Positions 50,178-63,675 are shown, numbered from the stretch's first letter. The stretch is DNA of 64,000 nucleotides from Vulcanimicrobiota bacterium (GCA_963777315.1 CAVZQC010000004.1:640001-704000), one strand, 5' to 3'. Notes: generated by a model from the letters alone, not told the origin. A program made the numbers and translations.

Positions 50178-51495
50178 CTTCGTTTTCTTCCGGAGTGCCT
50201 TCGCCGATGCGGCCGTTGGTGAAAATGCGTACGGCCACGATGCGCCGCCCGCGCATGCGTTCGACCTTCAGGCGCGTGTGATCCGTCGCCTCGGCCTCTT
50301 CACCTTCGCTGGGAAGCCGTCCGAACAGCCCGAACGTAAAGCCCCCGATTGTTTCGAATTCTTCGTGCGGCAGGCGCGTACCGAGCTTGGAGTTCACGTC
50401 TTCGATGTTGACCCCCGCGTCGACGACCGCTTCATGCTGGTCCACGATGCGCAGCGGTTCTTCTTCGCCCTCGTCGTGCTCGTCGCGAATTTCGCCGACG
50501 ATCTCCTCGAGCAAATCCTCGGTCGTCACCAGGCCGGCAGTGCCGCCGTACTCATCGACGACGATCGCCATCGTGAATTTGTCACGCTGCATTTCGCGAA
50601 GCAATTCGGCAATCTTTTTGTTTTCTGGAACGTGCTCCACCGGACGCATGAGCGATCCCAGCGGAGTGGAGCTCAGCGTGCCGTTCGCCAGCGCGATAAG
50701 CAGCTCGCGATCGTGCACGGCTCCCACGATGTCGTCCTTGGATTCCTGGTAGACCGGCAGCTTCGAGTACCCTTCGGCGATGACCATGTCCAGCGCACGC
50801 CGAGGGGAGTCGTCGATCGATACCGCCACCATATTGGGACGCGGCGTCATGACCTCGCGAACGATCGTGTCGCCGAACTCGATGACGGAATGAATCATCT
50901 CGCGCTCTTGCTCTTCGAGCACTTTTTGTTCGGCCCCGACGTTGACCAGCGCGCGGATATCTTCTTCGGTGACGAAGATTTGATGCGCGCGGCTGATGCC
51001 CAAGGGCCGCAGCATCAGGTTGGTCAGCCATTGGAAAAAGTACACCAGCGGCGTGAGCAGCATGGCAACGCGGCGCATCGACGGCGCCAGGCGCAGCGCC
51101 CAGCGCTCGTTATCCGAAACGGCGACCGTTTTTGGGACGATTTCGCCGAAGAGCAGAAAGACGAACGCCATGAGCAGCGTTGAGATCACCGCGGCGTGCG
51201 GCACGCCCGCGTGAATGAGAAAGTAGGTGGCCAGCGAGTCCGCGATCAGCAGCACGATCGTATTGCCGATCAGTATCGAGGTGAGAAACCGGTTCCGATC
51301 CTCGGTCAAGCGCAAAACGGCGCGCGCGCGTTTGACGCCGCGCTCGACCATGGAAAGGGCGCGCAATCTGGACACGCCGACGAGCGCCGCCTCCGACGCA
51401 GCAAAGAAAGCCGCGAGCAGCAGGAGCACCACGATGGCGGCGATCTCGTACCACGGAATGGCGTGGATGCCCGGCTGACTACTTAGAGGTTCCAA
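50167..51495 (-). CDS. Hemolysin/CNNM family (DUF21-CBS-CorC) protein
   Basis: FFAASEAA, GEIVPK, VREVMTPR, VDEYGG, EEIVGEIRDEHD. Confidence 0.93.
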   Translation of the reverse strand: MEPLSSQPGIHAIPWYEIAAIVVLLLLAAFFAASEAALVGVSRLRALSMVERGVKRARAVLRLTEDRNRFLTSILIGNTIVLLIADSLATYFLIHAGVPHAAVISTLLMAFVFLLFGEIVPKTVAVSDNERWALRLAPSMRRVAMLLTPLVYFFQWLTNLMLRPLGISRAHQIFVTEEDIRALVNVGAEQKVLEEQEREMIHSVIEFGDTIVREVMTPRPNMVAVSIDDSPRRALDMVIAEGYSKLPVYQESKDDIVGAVHDRELLIALANGTLSSTPLGSLMRPVEHVPENKKIAELLREMQRDKFTMAIVVDEYGGTAGLVTTEDLLEEIVGEIRDEHDEGEEEPLRIVDQHEAVVDAGVNIEDVNSKLGTRLPHEEFETIGGFTFGLFGRLPSEGEEAEATDHTRLKVERMRGRRIVAVRIFTNGRIGEGTPEENEDAV

Positions 51496-51506
51496 TGACG
51501 CGAGCC

Positions 51507-51515
51507 ATTATAGCA
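51507..51515 (-). promoter_or_regulatory. Internal extended -10 promoter overlapping the dgkA stop
   Basis: Perfect TGCTATAAT 11 nt before TTG 51495. Confidence 0.5.
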
Positions 51516-52287
51516 TAAGGTGCGGCCGGACCAGGGCAAAGACGGCAAGCGCCACCAAGGTACCCAAAATCGCCCCCCACAGCGCTTCGAACGTGCTGTG
51601 GATGCGGGCCTCCACCCGGCTCTGGGCGACCAAGAAAGCGACGAAGTAGGCCAGCACCGCTGCCAGCGGCTGCTGATAGACCAGCGCCAGGCCCGTCGCG
51701 GCGGCAAATGCGAGCGCCGAATGCCCCGATACGGCGCCCCCCTGCAGCGGAGAACCCCGGCCGGTCCAGGCTTTGGCAAAAAGCGTGCCGATGGCCGTAA
51801 TGGCCAACGCGATGAGCGCGACGTTGGCCGGCACCTGCGCCACTGCGTCGTAGACGCGGGCGCCGCCCTGCTGGATACCCTGATAAAAGGCCAGATAGCC
51901 GACGATGGCCGCCCCGATAGCCGCTACGAGCACCGCGCCCGCTGCCGCGTCCTTCGCCGTCTTGGCCAAAGGATGGTGCGCGACGGTGAGCAGGTCCACC
52001 ACCGCTTCGATCGCCGTGTTCATCAGTTCGAGCGCGAGCACGATGACGATTACGATGACGATCGCGATGACGTACACGCGGCTCAAGCGCAGGGGCAGCG
52101 TCATCGCCAGCACCAGCGCGGCGATAACCAAATGCACGCGCATATTGGGCTGGGTGCGAACGCAGTACATGATGCCCTGGAACGCGTAGTGAAACGCGCT
52201 CCAGAACTTCGTTTCGGTGATGCGGACGTACCGCGGGCGGACGCGCCGGATCAGGGGGCGGTTTTCGCGCGACCTGGGATCATGCAT
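51508..52287 (-). CDS. dgkA: Diacylglycerol/undecaprenol kinase fused to a PAP2-like domain
   Basis: FHYAFQGI..NMRVH..ELMNTAIEAVVD..AKDAAAGAV; SGHS and QSRV..IH. Confidence 0.9.
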   Translation of the reverse strand: MHDPRSRENRPLIRRVRPRYVRITETKFWSAFHYAFQGIMYCVRTQPNMRVHLVIAALVLAMTLPLRLSRVYVIAIVIVIVIVLALELMNTAIEAVVDLLTVAHHPLAKTAKDAAAGAVLVAAIGAAIVGYLAFYQGIQQGGARVYDAVAQVPANVALIALAITAIGTLFAKAWTGRGSPLQGGAVSGHSALAFAAATGLALVYQQPLAAVLAYFVAFLVAQSRVEARIHSTFEALWGAILGTLVALAVFALVRPHLML

Positions 52288-52741
52288 CGCGTTCGTACGG
52301 CCACGGCATACCCAGCGCCGCCGCCAGACGGCGTTCCTGCGTCTGCATTCTCGCACGCTCCCCGGTCCGCTGATGGTCGTGACCCAGCACGTGCAAAATA
52401 CCGTGAATCAGCAACCGGTTGACTTCGTTCTGCAGCGGCGCGTCATATTCCGCGGCCTGGCGTGCAGCGGTTTGCACGCTGATGACGACGTCGCCCAGCA
52501 TGCGTTCGGGCCCCGAGGGCTCCAGCCGTGCAGGCGGCGACATCGGAAAACTCAGCACGTCGGTGGCGGCGTTTTTTCCGCGATGCTCGCCGTTGAGTTC
52601 GCACATTCGCGCATCGCCGACCAGCAGCACCGACAGCGTGGCACCGTCCAGCTCGAGGACGCGCAGCAATTTGCGGGCGTCGCGTCTAAGCCGTCCCATG
52701 TCGACGCCCGTCCCGGCAATCTCGCTGCGCAGCTCGATCAC
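52280..52741 (-). CDS. ybeY: Endoribonuclease YbeY
   Basis: TDVLSFP, LGDVVIS, HGILHVLGHDH. Confidence 0.96.
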   Translation of the reverse strand: MIELRSEIAGTGVDMGRLRRDARKLLRVLELDGATLSVLLVGDARMCELNGEHRGKNAATDVLSFPMSPPARLEPSGPERMLGDVVISVQTAARQAAEYDAPLQNEVNRLLIHGILHVLGHDHQRTGERARMQTQERRLAAALGMPWPYERDA

Positions 52742-53694
52742 GGCATCGAAACGTCGGCTGCATATGCGCGAATGATCTTCGAGACTAGCGGATGACGGAC
52801 CACGTCGGTTTCATCCATCTCCACGATTCCGATGCCGGAAATACCGGCGAAGCGACGGGGGACTTCCAACAAACCGCTTCGCGCGCCTCCGAGCAGATCG
52901 ATCTGCGTTATATCGCCGTTGACGATCATCTTCGAACCCGCGCCCAAGCGCGTAAGAAACATCTTGAGTTGGTCGCGCGTCGCGTTCTGCGCTTCGTCCA
53001 GGATAACGAACGCCTCCGAGAGCGTGCGTCCGCGCATATACGCCAGCGGTGCCACCTCGATGATGCCGCGCTCCAGGTGCCGTTCGACGACCGAATCTTC
53101 GAGCAGTTCACCGAGCGAATCGTACAGCGGACGAAGATACGGATCGACCTTTTCGCGCAAATCGCCCGGAAGAAAGCCGAGCTTCTCGCCGGCTTCGACC
53201 GCCGGCCGGGACAGAATGACGCGAGCCACCTCGCGCGCACGCAGTGCGCGCACCGCCATGACGACCGCCAGAAACGTTTTGCCCGTTCCGGCCGGCCCGA
53301 TGCCGAACGTGAGCGTGTTGGTTCCGATCGATTCAACGAACGAACGCTGACCGGCTGTTTTGGGGCGGATCTCGCGTCCGCGCGACGATCGGTACAACGT
53401 TTCCGGCAGCGCGTCGTGTGAAAGGCCGCGCGCGACGTCGGAGGCGGCCAGCGCAACGTCGTCCGGCGTCACCTGGACGCCTTGAACCGCCGCGTGCAGT
53501 ATGCGGCCGACAACGTCGTATGCGCGATCCACTGCAGGCTTTTCACCGTGCACGAGCAGCCGGTTACCGTCCACCCGCAATGAAACCGAAAGTGCGTCTT
53601 CAAGCGCAGAGAGGTTCTGATCGAACTTTCCGAACAGCCGGAAGTGATCGTTCAGCGAGCTGAGGTCGACGGTTCGTTCGGTTGCTGAATCCAG
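52738..53694 (-). CDS. phoH: PhoH-family ATPase (YbeZ); probable CTG start
   Basis: GPAGTGKT, RPAVEAGE, GFLPG, YMRGRT, DEAQN; frame extends upstream through LFGKFDQNL to CTG 53694 after GGAG. Confidence 0.95.
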   Translation of the reverse strand: MDSATERTVDLSSLNDHFRLFGKFDQNLSALEDALSVSLRVDGNRLLVHGEKPAVDRAYDVVGRILHAAVQGVQVTPDDVALAASDVARGLSHDALPETLYRSSRGREIRPKTAGQRSFVESIGTNTLTFGIGPAGTGKTFLAVVMAVRALRAREVARVILSRPAVEAGEKLGFLPGDLREKVDPYLRPLYDSLGELLEDSVVERHLERGIIEVAPLAYMRGRTLSEAFVILDEAQNATRDQLKMFLTRLGAGSKMIVNGDITQIDLLGGARSGLLEVPRRFAGISGIGIVEMDETDVVRHPLVSKIIRAYAADVSMP

Positions 53695-53828
53695 AAGTGG
53701 TTCTCCGCGCGCAGCTCGACCTCGGGGCGAAGCGCAATCGGCGGTGCTAAGACTTCAGCGGCGACGATCGCCCGCATCAGCGCATCGCCCTCTTGGAACA
53801 GCGTCTGCAGCGGCAAGCGCAGCGGCAT
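53652..53828 (-). CDS. 58-aa mini YqfB-like protein (below the ORF-track cutoff)
   Basis: MPLRLPLQTLFQEGDALMRAIVAAEVLAPPIALRP..; ATG 3 nt after the floA stop. Confidence 0.7.
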   Translation of the reverse strand: MPLRLPLQTLFQEGDALMRAIVAAEVLAPPIALRPEVELRAENHFWIQQPNEPSTSAR

Positions 53829-53831
53829 CGC

Positions 53832-54842
53832 TTACTTTGCGGCCGGCGGAGGCAATGGGCTCGCGCCGTTATCCGTGGCCGTGGCGACGCTGCTCGAGAT
53901 AGCGCCCCGCATGTCGGAATCCGCCTGGATGTTCTTCATCTTGTAGTAGTCCATGATGCCCAGATTTCCGCTGCGGAATGCTTGCGCGATGGCCTGCGGG
54001 ACCGAAGCCTCGGCTTCGACCACCTTGGCGCGCATGCGCTGCGTCTCGGCTTTCATTTCCTGCTCGGAAGCCATGGCCGCATACTGGCGCTCCGACGCCT
54101 TGGCCTGCGCGATGCGCCGGTCGGCTTCGGCTTGCGACATCTGCAGTTCTGCGCCGATATTCTTGCCCACGTCAACGTCGGCGATGTCGATCGAGACGAT
54201 TTCGAACGCCGTTCCGGCATCCAAACCTTTGGCCAGCACCGTCTTGCTGATCCGGTCGGGATACTCCAGCACCTCTTTGTGATCGATGGCCGCGCCCACC
54301 GCCGATACGACGCCCTCGCCGACTCGCGCAACGATCGTGGGTTCTCCTGCGCCGCCGACGTAACGATCCAGGTTGCTGCGCACGGTGATTCGGGCTTTGA
54401 CGTTGAGCTGAATGCCGTTTTGGGCAACGCCTTGGAAGATCGGCGTCTCGATCACCTTGGGATTCACCGACGTTTGCAGGGCTTCGAGCACGTTGCGCCC
54501 GGCGAGATCGATCGCCGATGCCCGCTGCCATTCCAACGGTATCTGGGCGCGTTGCGCGGCGATCATCGCCAGCACGACGTTTTCGACGTTGCCGCCCGCG
54601 AGATAATGCGATTGCATTTGGTCCACGGTCAGCTGAAGGCCGGCTTTGCGGGCGCGAACGAGATTGTTGACGATGATGCTGGGCGCGATGCGGATGATGC
54701 GCATGCGGATGAGCGAGCCGATGGAAAGCGGAACGCCCGCCGCGACGGTTTGCAGCCACAGTCCGATCGGAAAATAATACAGGAACGTAAAAAAGAGAAT
54801 GATTACGACAACGAAAAGGACCGACGCGCCGACTGTAACCAC
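53832..54842 (-). CDS. floA: Flotillin-like protein FloA (YqfA)
   Basis: [45 protein letters not shown] before GTG 54842. Confidence 0.95.
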   Translation of the reverse strand: MVTVGASVLFVVVIILFFTFLYYFPIGLWLQTVAAGVPLSIGSLIRMRIIRIAPSIIVNNLVRARKAGLQLTVDQMQSHYLAGGNVENVVLAMIAAQRAQIPLEWQRASAIDLAGRNVLEALQTSVNPKVIETPIFQGVAQNGIQLNVKARITVRSNLDRYVGGAGEPTIVARVGEGVVSAVGAAIDHKEVLEYPDRISKTVLAKGLDAGTAFEIVSIDIADVDVGKNIGAELQMSQAEADRRIAQAKASERQYAAMASEQEMKAETQRMRAKVVEAEASVPQAIAQAFRSGNLGIMDYYKMKNIQADSDMRGAISSSVATATDNGASPLPPPAAK

Positions 54843-54846
54843 GCTG

Positions 54847-55515
54847 TTACTCCTTGTAGCTCGGGAGCGCCACGGGCTCCACGAAGACTCGCGCGCCCTC
54901 AACGCGGGTGACGCGCACCGGGGTCCCCTCGGGAATGAACTCGCCTTGCGTAAGCACGTCGACGCGCATGCCGTCGATGAGCGCAACGCCGGCCGGGCGC
55001 AAGTACGTTCCGGCAACGCCGCTTTTGCCTCGCAACGCCGAATAGTCCGCGCTCGTTACGTAATCGGCACCTTGCGCGCCCGCGAACGTGAGCTTGGCGA
55101 TCCAGGCGTTTTCGGGCAGCATTCGCGTGGCCAGGTAGAACAGAATGACGGTCAGCACGATGGCGGTAGCAACGGTTTGCAGCGCGACGAAAAATGCAGC
55201 CGCGCCGGGCGGCCCGAACGCCAAAACCAGCGATGCGAGCAGCGCGACCGCACCCAAGACGCCGGGCACTCCGTGACCTGGAACCACGTGCAATTCGTAC
55301 AGGATGCCCGCCAGCCCGATCACCGCAAGCACGATCACCAAACCGCTCGTCGCGCCGACCATGATGTGCGCGCCGAAAAACAGCGCCAGCGCCGCTAGTG
55401 CAATCAGCCCGGCAACGCCGTGCAACGTCTGCATCTCCAACAGCAAACCCAGCAAGCCGACCGTAAGCAGTAGGCCGCTCGCGAGCGGGGTCGTGACCAG
55501 GTGCAGGAAATCCAT
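54847..55515 (-). CDS. NfeD-family membrane protein (YqeZ-like, no protease domain)
   Basis: TM segments, EL.VVPG.GVPG, LRPAG, RVDV..G.FI. Confidence 0.88.
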   Translation of the reverse strand: MDFLHLVTTPLASGLLLTVGLLGLLLEMQTLHGVAGLIALAALALFFGAHIMVGATSGLVIVLAVIGLAGILYELHVVPGHGVPGVLGAVALLASLVLAFGPPGAAAFFVALQTVATAIVLTVILFYLATRMLPENAWIAKLTFAGAQGADYVTSADYSALRGKSGVAGTYLRPAGVALIDGMRVDVLTQGEFIPEGTPVRVTRVEGARVFVEPVALPSYKE

Positions 55516-55555
55516 GAATCGAGCTACCGGCTCGCTTCGGTAAAGTTACGGCTGC

Positions 55556-55999
55556 TTACTGCAGCTCGTCCGATACGATTTGCCGGACCAGGTTGCCGTC
55601 GGCGAGCCCCTTGAGCTGCGGCATGACGACCTTCATGACGGCGCCTTGGTTGCGGGTTCCCTGGGGCAGCTCGGCGACGATCGCCTTGACCAGCGCGCGA
55701 ACTTCTTCGGGCGTTTTCTGCACGGGCAAATATGCGAGCAAAATGTCGCGCTCGCGGCCTTCTTTCTGCGCCAAATCTTGCCGGCCGGCTTTTTCGAACT
55801 CGGCGTGCGCATCGTTGCGCTGCTTGACTTGCTTGCGCACCACGTCGATCTCGTCCGCGTCGCTCAGCTCGGCCCCGGCCTCGGTTCGTTTGTAGGTGAA
55901 ACCGGAAAGCGCCGACCGCAGCGCGTCCAGGCGAATTTGATCGCGCGCGCGCATTGCGTCTTTGAGATCGGCGGCGACGCGGTCTTTGAGCGATCCCAC
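55556..55999 (-). CDS. yqeY: GatB/YqeY domain protein
   Basis: DLKDAMRARD..KQVKQR..AYLP..GAVMK..ADG. Confidence 0.93.
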   Translation of the reverse strand: MGSLKDRVAADLKDAMRARDQIRLDALRSALSGFTYKRTEAGAELSDADEIDVVRKQVKQRNDAHAEFEKAGRQDLAQKEGRERDILLAYLPVQKTPEEVRALVKAIVAELPQGTRNQGAVMKVVMPQLKGLADGNLVRQIVSDELQ

Positions 56000-56011
56000 C
56001 AGCAGGCCCCT

Positions 56012-56182
56012 CTAGGCGCGGCGCTTGCGAGCCGCTGCCGATTTCTTCTTTCGGCGCACGCTGGGCTTTTCGTAGTGCTCGTGCTTGCGCGCCTCGGCCA
56101 AAACGCCCGCCTTCTGGGTGGCCTTCTTGAAACGACGCAGCGCGCTCTCGATGGACTCACCCGGAGCAACGCGAACTTCCAT
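56012..56182 (-). CDS. rpsU: 30S ribosomal protein S21
   Basis: [38 protein letters not shown]. Confidence 0.97.
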   Translation of the reverse strand: MEVRVAPGESIESALRRFKKATQKAGVLAEARKHEHYEKPSVRRKKKSAAARKRRA

Positions 56183-56299
56183 TCCTTTCAACCCTCCCTT
56201 CGTGCGTTCGGCGCACCAAAATTGCGGGGTTCTCAAGCGAACCTCGATTGCTGAAGATACCACACCGCGCGAGGCCGCGCAAGCAAGCACAACGGCTTC

Positions 56300-56647
56300 T
56301 CACCCCGGCGGCCAGTTCATGCGCCTTCCCCCCAAGACGTGCACGTGCAGATGGCCCACGGTCTGGCCGCCGTCCGCGCCTGTATTGATCACGGTTCGAA
56401 AACCGTCGGGCGCTCGCTGTGCACCCAGTCGCGCAGCCGCGGCGAACAGATTTGCGACGACGTGCGCAGGCTGCGATTGCACGAACTCGGTGAGATCGGC
56501 AACGTGTTCGACGGGCATTACGAGCGCGTGCTCAGGCGCCTGCGGGCTCACGTCGTCGACGATCGCAACGTCACCCTGCCGAAGTACCGTCGCCCCGGGA
56601 ACTTCACCGGCGATAATCTTGCAGAAAACGCAGTCCGACGAATTCAC
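56300..56647 (-). CDS. HIT-family nucleotide-binding protein
   Basis: DCVFCKI, PQAPEH, GQTVGHLHVHVLGGR..WPPG. Confidence 0.94.
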   Translation of the reverse strand: MNSSDCVFCKIIAGEVPGATVLRQGDVAIVDDVSPQAPEHALVMPVEHVADLTEFVQSQPAHVVANLFAAAARLGAQRAPDGFRTVINTGADGGQTVGHLHVHVLGGRRMNWPPG

Positions 56648-56649
56648 GC

Positions 56650-58173
56650 TCACCTCTTGATGAAGAACGTCCACGACCTGCTGGCGACGTTGCCGGCTGC
56701 GTCGGAAACGCTTACCGTAACGCGCATCGCTCCGTCGGGATAATCGATGCCGGGGGTATAGTGAATGAAGCGCGCAGTGCGCATCGAGCTCGACGTTACG
56801 TCGTGGCCGTTCACGACGAGCCGTTCGCTCGATGGGTTGACCGCGACGGTGGCGCTGGAAAACGTCGCGTAAATGCTCGGACGCGAATTGTTGACCGTTG
56901 CGCCGTTGTCCGGCGCAAAATCGATTACGCCGGGGGCCTCGGTGGCCGCCGAAACCGTCGTAGGCGCCTCCGCCGGCGGAGCGTCCGTGCCGCGAACGTT
57001 GAGCTTTCCAAAAACCGGCGCGTCGGCAAAATTGACCCCGCGCGGAATGACGTACGACCCGGTATACACCCCGGGCGCACTTTCCGTCAGGGGGAGGTTG
57101 CGCACGTAGGGGCCGATGTCGTACAGCGCTACGCCGCCGGGCGTTCCGCGCAAAGTAATTGCAAGGGTATCGCCCTGACGCAGCGGGCGCGACGGAGACG
57201 CCGAAAGCTCGGTTATGACCACGCCGGTTGCGGGCGCGGGCGAGCCCAGCGATTTGCGCGTGGCGATGATCTCGCGCGGTTCGGAGCTGTCGATGTTGTA
57301 GCGCACCATCACTTCATCGCCGACGGCAATGTCCGCAATACCTGCGGGCGCCCCGTTGAGCGTGATCGTCGTCGAGCGCGACGGCGCAATGACCTGACCG
57401 TCGCTAAGCACAAGCTGGCCGTCCCCTATGCCGGCAACGCTTCCGTTTCTCGAGCCGTAGGCGTCGACGATTTGCTTGATCTGGCCGCCCCGGTCCAAAT
57501 GCACCTGCGCGAAATCCCCAGCGTGCACGTCTTCCAAACTGCCCGCGTTGCTGGTGCCCGTGTTGACGTCTTGCACCATGACGCTCGCGTCCGTACGTAT
57601 CGGGATGGTGCGCACCGACCCGTCGTACGTCAGCGTCAGCGTCGTGGGGTCGGAGGCAAGGTCGACTGCCGTGACGGTTCCTCGTTCCTGCACGCCGCCG
57701 CCGGCGGTGACGATGCCGTTGCCCGTGCGTCCCATCAGCGTCGAAATGATTTCGACGCTGTTGGTCTGCCGGTTGTAGACCGCTTGCGCGTCGAGCGCCC
57801 GCGTAAAAAAGCGCAGCGGCGCGTACAGGACGTTCTTGATCTCGACCGGCGCAGCGTCCAGCTCGACCGGCTCGTTGTCGACCGTTGCGTGCGTGCTTCC
57901 GATCGCCAGTTCGATCGTTTTTGCGCCTGCGGAGGTTCGAACGTAGCGTCCTTCTTTGTCGAACGCCAGGCCCAGCGAACCGAGGATGCGGCGCACGGGA
58001 ACCAGCAAGTGATTTTTGTAAAAGACCGGCGCAGGATTTACCGCCAACTTCGTTCCGTTGAGCACCAGCGCGATCGGCAGCACGCGCTTGCCGACGGGCG
58101 GCTTTGCGGGCTTGTGCGCGACCCCCATGATCAGCGCAGCGCATGCAACTGCAGCACCGACTCTGCGGATCAC
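56650..58173 (-). CDS. Secreted protein with copper-amine-oxidase N-terminal (stalk) domain and beta-rich modules
   Basis: LVPVRRILGSLG, LDAAPVEIKNVLYAPLRFF; C-terminal VSDAAGN..SWTF. Confidence 0.8.
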   Translation of the reverse strand: MIRRVGAAVACAALIMGVAHKPAKPPVGKRVLPIALVLNGTKLAVNPAPVFYKNHLLVPVRRILGSLGLAFDKEGRYVRTSAGAKTIELAIGSTHATVDNEPVELDAAPVEIKNVLYAPLRFFTRALDAQAVYNRQTNSVEIISTLMGRTGNGIVTAGGGVQERGTVTAVDLASDPTTLTLTYDGSVRTIPIRTDASVMVQDVNTGTSNAGSLEDVHAGDFAQVHLDRGGQIKQIVDAYGSRNGSVAGIGDGQLVLSDGQVIAPSRSTTITLNGAPAGIADIAVGDEVMVRYNIDSSEPREIIATRKSLGSPAPATGVVITELSASPSRPLRQGDTLAITLRGTPGGVALYDIGPYVRNLPLTESAPGVYTGSYVIPRGVNFADAPVFGKLNVRGTDAPPAEAPTTVSAATEAPGVIDFAPDNGATVNNSRPSIYATFSSATVAVNPSSERLVVNGHDVTSSSMRTARFIHYTPGIDYPDGAMRVTVSVSDAAGNVASRSWTFFIKR

Positions 58174-59179
58174 TCTGCGGTTTCCTCCAATATTTCACGG
58201 TAGACGGCGGCAGTTTGCGCGGCGCACCGGTCCCAAGTGAAGGCCCGCGCCCGCGCTTGCCCCTCATTGACGAGCGCGCGGCGAAGCCCTTCGTCGCCCA
58301 ACAGCCGCTCCAACGCTGCTTTCGCGTCGCGCGCGCTTCGCGCGGGAAACGTCAGCGCCGCACCGCGCAACACCTGCGGGATCGCATCCTCGCAAGCAAT
58401 CACCGGACAGCCCGATGCCATCGCCTCGAGCATGGGCAGTCCGAAGCCTTCGCAGAGCGCGGGATGAACGAGAGCGCGCGCGCCGGCGTAGTACGAGGGC
58501 ATGCGGGTTTGCGGCACGGCCCCCAATGCGACGATTCGTCCTACCGGGCGCACGTAGCGCGCGAGCAAGTCGCCGAAGTCGTCCACTCCGGTAACGTACA
58601 GATCGAGGGCAATGTCGCTGCTCACCGCCGCCCAAGCTTGGAACAGCGTCGGCAAGTCTTTGTGCGGCCGGTGATTGCCCGCATACAGAATGTACGGGCG
58701 GGCCGCTGCGTACGCCTGAACGCGGTGAAAGTATTCGTCGTCCGCCCCCAACGCGATCACCCGCACGCGCGCCGGATCGACTCCCAAGTAATAGCGAAGA
58801 TCTTTGACGGTCCGTTCGTCGTCGGTGATGACGCGCGCCGCCCGCCTGCATGCGAAGCGCACGGCCGTGCGGTAATAGGGGCCGACTTTGGTCTTGAAGT
58901 ACTGCGGGAATCGCAAGTGGATGAGATCGTGGATCGTGACCGCGTACGGGCGGGGCGCGGCAAGGGGCATGTACACGGACATGAAATGCGCGAGCGCGCA
59001 TTTGCGCATCGCCAGAGGAAGAGCGAACTGCTCGCTCCACCCGAAGTTTCCGCCGGCGCGGAACACGGCGAACTGCAAGTCCGGCGCGACTAGCGGCAGA
59101 CGGCGCGACAGTTCGCGAGCGTAGGCTTTCATTCCGACCGACATCTGCCTGGTCTCGCGCGCGTCCAGCGCGACCGTGT

Positions 59180-59183
<4 letters not shown>
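58170..59183 (-). CDS. GT4 glycosyltransferase
   Basis: TIHDL, HKDL, EGFGLPMLEAMASGCPV, FTWDR; GTGA overlap start. Confidence 0.93.
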
Positions 59184-61613
<2,430 letters not shown>

Positions 61614-62498
61614 TCATCGCGAGCCTGTCGCCCGCACGTAAAGGTACCGCTCCAGCCCGGCGTAGTCGCGGCGGACTTCGACGTCCGCGCCGGGCAGAGC
61701 GCTGCGCGTCATGGCGCTTAGAGTCTGCATCGTCGGGGGAGCGGCTTCCATGAGCAGCAGCGCCCCGGGCCGCAGCATCGTCGAAACGTCCGTGAGCAGG
61801 CTGCGGTACTGCGCGAGCCCGTCCGGACCGCCGTCGAGCGCCGCGACCGGTTCGAATCCCACGGGATCGGGCCGCTGCGGGATCTCACTTGTCGGAATGT
61901 ACGGCAGGTTCGCAACGATTAGATCGTACGCGCTTTGCTCGTGCGGCTTGACGACGTTGCCCAGATGGAAATCGCAGCGCGCGTCGACGCTCAGCCGGCG
62001 AGCGTTGTCCCGCGCCGTTCTTACGGCTCGCGCGCTGATGTCGGTACCTTCGACCGCGGCTTGCGCAACTTCGGCCGCAATCGTGCACGCGACCGCGCCG
62101 CTTCCGATTCCGGCTTCAAACACGCGCAGGGTTGGAGACGGACCGCGCCGAGTATTCTGCGCGTTCAAAAAAGCGATGGCGTCTTCCACCAGATGTTCGG
62201 TTTCCGCGCGCGGGACCAGGACGTGTTCGTTGACCGCAAACTCGCGCCCGTAAAATCCCGCACGTCCCGTGATATAGGCGATCGGCATTCCGGCAGCACG
62301 TCGTTCGCACAGCGTGAAGTACCGGCGCGCTTCGTCTCGCGTAAGACACGTTCGATCGTCAGCCAGCAGCCACTCGCGAGATCGCCCCAGCGCCTCGCCC
62401 AGCAATATGCGCGCGTCGGCATCCGGAGTTGGGCTGCGGTCTTTGAGCGCGCGCATTCCCAGCGCCAGCGTTGCGGCAACCGTAGCGTCGCCCTGCAC
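61614..62498 (-). CDS. prmC: Release factor glutamine methyltransferase
   Basis: PIAYITG, VLVPRAETE, GIGSGA, ANLPYI, ALDGG.DGL. Confidence 0.94.
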   Translation of the reverse strand: MQGDATVAATLALGMRALKDRSPTPDADARILLGEALGRSREWLLADDRTCLTRDEARRYFTLCERRAAGMPIAYITGRAGFYGREFAVNEHVLVPRAETEHLVEDAIAFLNAQNTRRGPSPTLRVFEAGIGSGAVACTIAAEVAQAAVEGTDISARAVRTARDNARRLSVDARCDFHLGNVVKPHEQSAYDLIVANLPYIPTSEIPQRPDPVGFEPVAALDGGPDGLAQYRSLLTDVSTMLRPGALLLMEAAPPTMQTLSAMTRSALPGADVEVRRDYAGLERYLYVRATGSR

Positions 62499-62505
62499 GA
62501 CGGGA

Positions 62506-63621
62506 TTATGCAGCCGAGTCGTCCCCGGCCAAGAGGCGCGCGCGCTCGTCTTTGAGGAGCTCCTCGACGATGTGCCCCAAGTCGCCGTCCATAACGGCGC
62601 GTATGTTGCCGAAACTCTGATTGATGCGGTGGTCGGTGATGCGGTCCTGCGGATAGTTGTACGTGCGAATCTTTTCCGAGCGGTCTCCAGTCCCGACCTG
62701 ACTGCGCCGCATGCTTCCCACGGCCTCCTGAGCTTCGCGGCGTTTGCGATCGTACAGCATGGCGCGCAGCATCTCCATGGCCTTGGCGCGGTTTTGGATT
62801 TGCGAGCGCTCCTGCTGGGAGGCCACGACGATGCCGGTCGGAACGTGCGTGATGCGAATCGCGGACTCGGTCTTGTTCACGTACTGGCCGCCGGCGCCGC
62901 TCGATTTGTAGGTGTCGATCTGCAGATCGCTCGGATTGACTTCGACGTCGATATCCTCGTCGACTTGCGGCAGCACTGCGACCGTCGCGGTGCTGGTATG
63001 CACGCGTCCTTGCGATTCCGTCAGCGGCACGCGCTGCACGCGATGCACGCCGGACTCGTGTTTGAATTGACGGAACGGCGCGCTTGCGGTCCTCCCGCCC
63101 GTCGACCAACCTTTCACCGCAAAAACGATCTCCTTGTAGCCGCCCGCATCGCTTTCGCTTTGCGACACCAGCTCCACTCGCATGCGCTGCGACTCGGCGT
63201 ACCGCATGTACATTCGCGCCAGGTCGCCGGCAAAAATCGCTGCTTCATCGCCGCCGGCCCCGCCCCGAATCTCGATGAATACGTCCTTCTCGTCGTCGGG
63301 GTCCTTGGGAATCATCAGCAGCTGCAGATGCTGTTCGAGAGCCTGACGCTGCTCGCGCAGGACCTTGGCTTCTTCTTGCGCCAGCTCGTGCATTTCCGGA
63401 TCGCTGCGATCCGCCAGCAGCGCTTCGTTGGCAGCGATCTGCGCGAGTAGCGTTTTGTAGCGGCGGTACGCTGCGACCGTTTCTTCGATCGCCGCGCGCT
63501 CTTTGAGCAGCGCGGTATACCGTGCTTGGTCGAACCCGCCTGCGGGATGCGCCAAATCCGCGTCGATTTCGTCGAAGCGGTTGGCGATGGTTTCAAGGCG
63601 GCCGTAAAATGCTGCGCTCAT
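62506..63621 (-). CDS. prfA: Peptide chain release factor 1
   Basis: RVQRVPLTE (PxT), [17 protein letters not shown]. Confidence 0.98.
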   Translation of the reverse strand: MSAAFYGRLETIANRFDEIDADLAHPAGGFDQARYTALLKERAAIEETVAAYRRYKTLLAQIAANEALLADRSDPEMHELAQEEAKVLREQRQALEQHLQLLMIPKDPDDEKDVFIEIRGGAGGDEAAIFAGDLARMYMRYAESQRMRVELVSQSESDAGGYKEIVFAVKGWSTGGRTASAPFRQFKHESGVHRVQRVPLTESQGRVHTSTATVAVLPQVDEDIDVEVNPSDLQIDTYKSSGAGGQYVNKTESAIRITHVPTGIVVASQQERSQIQNRAKAMEMLRAMLYDRKRREAQEAVGSMRRSQVGTGDRSEKIRTYNYPQDRITDHRINQSFGNIRAVMDGDLGHIVEELLKDERARLLAGDDSAA

Positions 63622-63632
63622 CGATACATACA

Positions 63633-63659
63633 AAAGCGAGCCCCGGCGGAGCTCGCTTT
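63633..63659 (-). terminator. Intrinsic terminator/attenuator after rpmE
   Basis: AAAGCGAGC / GCTCGCTTT hairpin followed by T on the minus strand. Confidence 0.7.
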
Positions 63660-63675
63660 ACGAAAACCTGCGAAG

